Shown piece by piece: positions 61,169-64,000 of a stretch of 64,000 nucleotides of DNA. The translations under genes were made by a program, and so were the position numbers. The notes below the pieces were generated by a model that saw only the letters and a program-made list of their open reading frames with translations, was not told the DNA's origin and did no database searches. Source of the DNA: Candidatus Altimarinota bacterium (GTDB lineage Bacteria > Patescibacteriota > Gracilibacteria > 1-14-2-50-48-13). The stretch's first letter is position 1. Each line of letters opens with the position of its first letter. The stretch is taken from NCBI GenBank assembly GCA_046314355.1, contig JBKBWQ010000001.1, positions 288,001 to 352,000 on the forward strand. Direction: 5' to 3'.

Positions 61169-63163
61169 CTATTTTTTTTGATCTATAGGAATCTGAACAT
61201 CGAAGATTTGATCTTTATGATCTTTCTCAAGAGAGAGAAGAAAGTGGCAATCTTTTCTATGCAGACGAATCTGATGTCTTTGATTTATATATGCCACTAG
61301 TTCCTGATTATTCGCGTGGGCATTTTTAGCATTACAGCATCCCGCATACCAGAAATGAATCCCACTGTGACCTCCTATCTCTACAGTATCATTTTGAGCA
61401 TTATGGTACACAGCGGTATCGTCTTCATTTATTTCATGTACAAAAGCATCAGGAAACATTTTTCTTATGACATTTAGTGTCTTGAGCTCTCCGCAGCCTA
61501 TTTTAAATAGAATATCCTCTTTTTCATGAAGCGTGTGTTCCTTGAGGTCTTTAAAGTATTTACTTAGTAGTTCAAGATTATCTTCTAGTCTAGGAAGATG
61601 GAGTTCTATAAGCTGCTGCTGCAGACGTTTTTTACCATCACGCACATATACATCCCGGTGAAGTGCATAAAGATAGTTCTTTATTTTTTTCCTGGCAAAT
61701 AATGTGTGTGCATAGAGAAGTGAAGTATTCGTAGGAAGATGATCTGCACGGGTAATGATCTCAACCACATCGCCTGTTTTAAGTGAATATGAAAGAGGTA
61801 CGATAGAGCCGTTCACCTTTGCACTTGCACAGTGTGCCCCTATCTCAGGATCAAGAGCATATGCAAAGTCCAAAGGAGTAGCCCCCTTAGGCAGACCTTT
61901 TATCTCTCCATTGGTAGCCACCACAAATACTCTTTCTATTAGCTGTCCTACCTCTTTAGATTCGTTTTCTAAAAATCTTCCCTTTGTTGCAAAGTCTTTA
62001 TTTAACTCCGCTAGTCTCTTTTGCCATTCTTCATAAGACTCATTCTTTCCATTGCCTCGCTCCTTGTATACTGAATGAGAGGCAATACCATATTCAGCAA
62101 TATCATCCATCCATTGAGTACGAATCTGTATTTCCACAGGTCGTAATGGATTTTTTGGATATAGACCAGTCACAGTAGTATGCAGACTTTGATACTGATT
62201 AGTCTTTGGAAGAGAAATATAATCTTTAATACGCTTTGCAATCGGGAAACAATGCTCATGTATGTATCCAAATATCCGGTAACAATCCTCCTTCGTTGGT
62301 ACAATAACTCTGAGAGCAAAAATATCATAGAGTTCACTTACATGCTCGAGATGCTTATCCTTCATCTTAAACGCAATGGAATAGATACTTTTTACTCTTC
62401 CATGCACAGTACCCTTCATACGGTGCTGCTTCAGAACATGCTGTATCTGCTGTTTACATACTTCTATGATATCTGCATTTTCTTTCAGCTCTGTTTCAAG
62501 TGTACTTTTTATTTTCTGATACATCTCTGGTTCGAGGATTTCAAAGGCAGCATCCTCGAGTCTAGTTTTTAATGCATAGACTCCAAGTCTTGCAGATATG
62601 GGACCATAAATTTCCAGGATTTCATTTGCAATTCTACGCTGTTTTTCAGGAGCAAGTTCAGATACTGTAGCCATTCCCTCAAGCCTTGTAGAGAGTTTCA
62701 CTAGGATAACTCGAATATCGTCAGCAAGAACCAATAGCATCTGCCTTAGATTTTCTACCTGATCTGGATGAGAGCTATTGAGGCGAACCTTAGATAGTTC
62801 AGTAAAATGACATACTAGTTTACAGACTACTTCGCCAAAACGCTCTTTAATTTCGTCCTGGGTAGCCAGGTCTCGTTCAAAGACTTCATGAAGAAGACAT
62901 AACTGTATCGTAGATATATCCGGATGCACGAGCATAAGGTTCTCAAGACTTCTTATGACATGCTGAAAAACAGGCTCGCCATTTTTTCTTTTATAAGGAA
63001 GATAAATCTCATAGGCAAATTCAAATGTCTTTTTAAGCTCTTCCCAAGCCTCTCTTTTCGTAAAATGAGAGAGATTTAAATACTTGACTACTTTATTAAA
63101 AGTAATTTCACATGTTTTTTCCCAAGGATGGTTCGTTTTCCTGCAGAATATGGAAAGATCCAA
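61169..63163 (-). CDS. Long RelA/SpoT homolog, synthetase intact and hydrolase degenerate
   Basis: GRVKSIYSI, DIFALRV, YQSLHT, EIQIRT; TGS LPKGATPLDFAY; HD motif reads LHEVFE. Confidence 0.92.
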   Translation of the reverse strand: MDLSIFCRKTNHPWEKTCEITFNKVVKYLNLSHFTKREAWEELKKTFEFAYEIYLPYKRKNGEPVFQHVIRSLENLMLVHPDISTIQLCLLHEVFERDLATQDEIKERFGEVVCKLVCHFTELSKVRLNSSHPDQVENLRQMLLVLADDIRVILVKLSTRLEGMATVSELAPEKQRRIANEILEIYGPISARLGVYALKTRLEDAAFEILEPEMYQKIKSTLETELKENADIIEVCKQQIQHVLKQHRMKGTVHGRVKSIYSIAFKMKDKHLEHVSELYDIFALRVIVPTKEDCYRIFGYIHEHCFPIAKRIKDYISLPKTNQYQSLHTTVTGLYPKNPLRPVEIQIRTQWMDDIAEYGIASHSVYKERGNGKNESYEEWQKRLAELNKDFATKGRFLENESKEVGQLIERVFVVATNGEIKGLPKGATPLDFAYALDPEIGAHCASAKVNGSIVPLSYSLKTGDVVEIITRADHLPTNTSLLYAHTLFARKKIKNYLYALHRDVYVRDGKKRLQQQLIELHLPRLEDNLELLSKYFKDLKEHTLHEKEDILFKIGCGELKTLNVIRKMFPDAFVHEINEDDTAVYHNAQNDTVEIGGHSGIHFWYAGCCNAKNAHANNQELVAYINQRHQIRLHRKDCHFLLSLEKDHKDQIFDVQIPIDQKK

Positions 63164-63313
63164 AGAGGTGGCGAAATGATATAAAACAAATTACGCTTCG
63201 GAAATTCTACTCTTCTTTCTGAATGATTACAACTTTTTTCGCTTAAGCTTCACTTTTTCTGTAAAATTCATATAATTTGGCTATTATAAACTTTTTATAG
63301 AGAAGTCCGGCAT

Positions 63314-64000
63314 ATGAGAGTTGCGTTATTTCATGACTTTTTAGTACGAATGGGTGGAGCTGAAAAAGTGCTTCATACTTTCAGCGAGCTTTTTCCAGAT
63401 AGCCCTATCTATACTTTTTTTTACGATAAAGAAAAAGTAGAAAGAGAGTATCCAGGCTTATCAGCACGTATTATACCGCATCCAGGAGCACAGCGAATGT
63501 ACAATATAATAAAGCACATCCCCATAGTAAAAAAATACAGTACAAAGATTTTTATACGCTCCTTTCCAAAATACATCGAAGAGATAAATGTAAATGCCTA
63601 TGAGCTCGTAATAGCGAGCTCTACTGCATGGGCACATGGACTCATCACCGGTTCCAATACATCTTTTGTATGCTATATGCATTCTCCGATGAGATTTGTA
63701 TGGGACTGGTTCAACGAATACAAAAAATCATTAGGTGCAGTAAAGAATAAATCTTTTAGAAATATTATCCTTACACATGTACTCTCTTCAGTCCGTATGT
63801 GGGATCAAGTAGCGCTCAAAAAAGAATCGTTGATACTTACCAATGCAAAAACTGTTCAAAAGCGTGTCGAGAAGTATTATCACCGTTTTGATTCTCATGT
63901 ACTGTACCCTCCTGTAGAAGTGGAGCTCATCCAAGCACCAAAAAGCAGTGATATTGATCATGAGGATTACTTTCTGATCGTTTCAAATCTCGTAGAATTC
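63314..64000 (+). CDS. Glycosyltransferase family 4 (3'-truncated; absent from the ORF track), paralog of 2121-3266
   Basis: My translation: MRVALFHDFLVRMGGAEKVL..YMHSPMRFVWD..VLYPPV; open to the window end. Confidence 0.9.
   Translation, partial: MRVALFHDFLVRMGGAEKVLHTFSELFPDSPIYTFFYDKEKVEREYPGLSARIIPHPGAQRMYNIIKHIPIVKKYSTKIFIRSFPKYIEEINVNAYELVIASSTAWAHGLITGSNTSFVCYMHSPMRFVWDWFNEYKKSLGAVKNKSFRNIILTHVLSSVRMWDQVALKKESLILTNAKTVQKRVEKYYHRFDSHVLYPPVEVELIQAPKSSDIDHEDYFLIVSNLVEF

Overview
A 64-kb, AT-rich bacterial chromosome segment read with genetic code 11. Gene content and style suggest a Patescibacteria/CPR organism, possibly Peregrinibacteria-like; this is inference from the baseplate-J-like conserved protein, the secG-SBP-rplI-ruvX order, a large SLH surface protein and SD-less core genes. 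Most of the window is housekeeping: infB, tyrS, rlmE, rsmG, uvrB, queG, pepA, dnaB, ftsE, tRNA-Arg, xer, tsaC, dtd, dut, ahpC, nth, rsmE, rplI, secG and a long RSH. The best candidate for an undescribed system is 21.4-30.5 kb. It holds a PKD-7TM protein, a fusion of an ATP-grasp ligase, a dead aspartyl protease and a DUF1704 (MATCAP-like) metallopeptidase, two further DUF1704 paralogs, a small K/E-rich protein and a second, CphA/GshAB-like ATP-grasp ligase. Together these look like a peptide-tail writer/eraser locus. Other notable items are a ~195-nt rod-shaped RNA behind a consensus promoter (51236-51430), a three-helix leader RNA (4607-4673), a (TACT)20 tract just upstream of the xer promoter, and a 46-bp palindromic element present twice between convergent genes. 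There is also an amidase-SpoIID fusion, a 16-fold IYGTN repeat S-layer protein, a block of SD-led lipoprotein and beta-barrel-like genes, and recurrent 16-bp promoter spacing. All family assignments come from motif recognition by eye; no database search was run.
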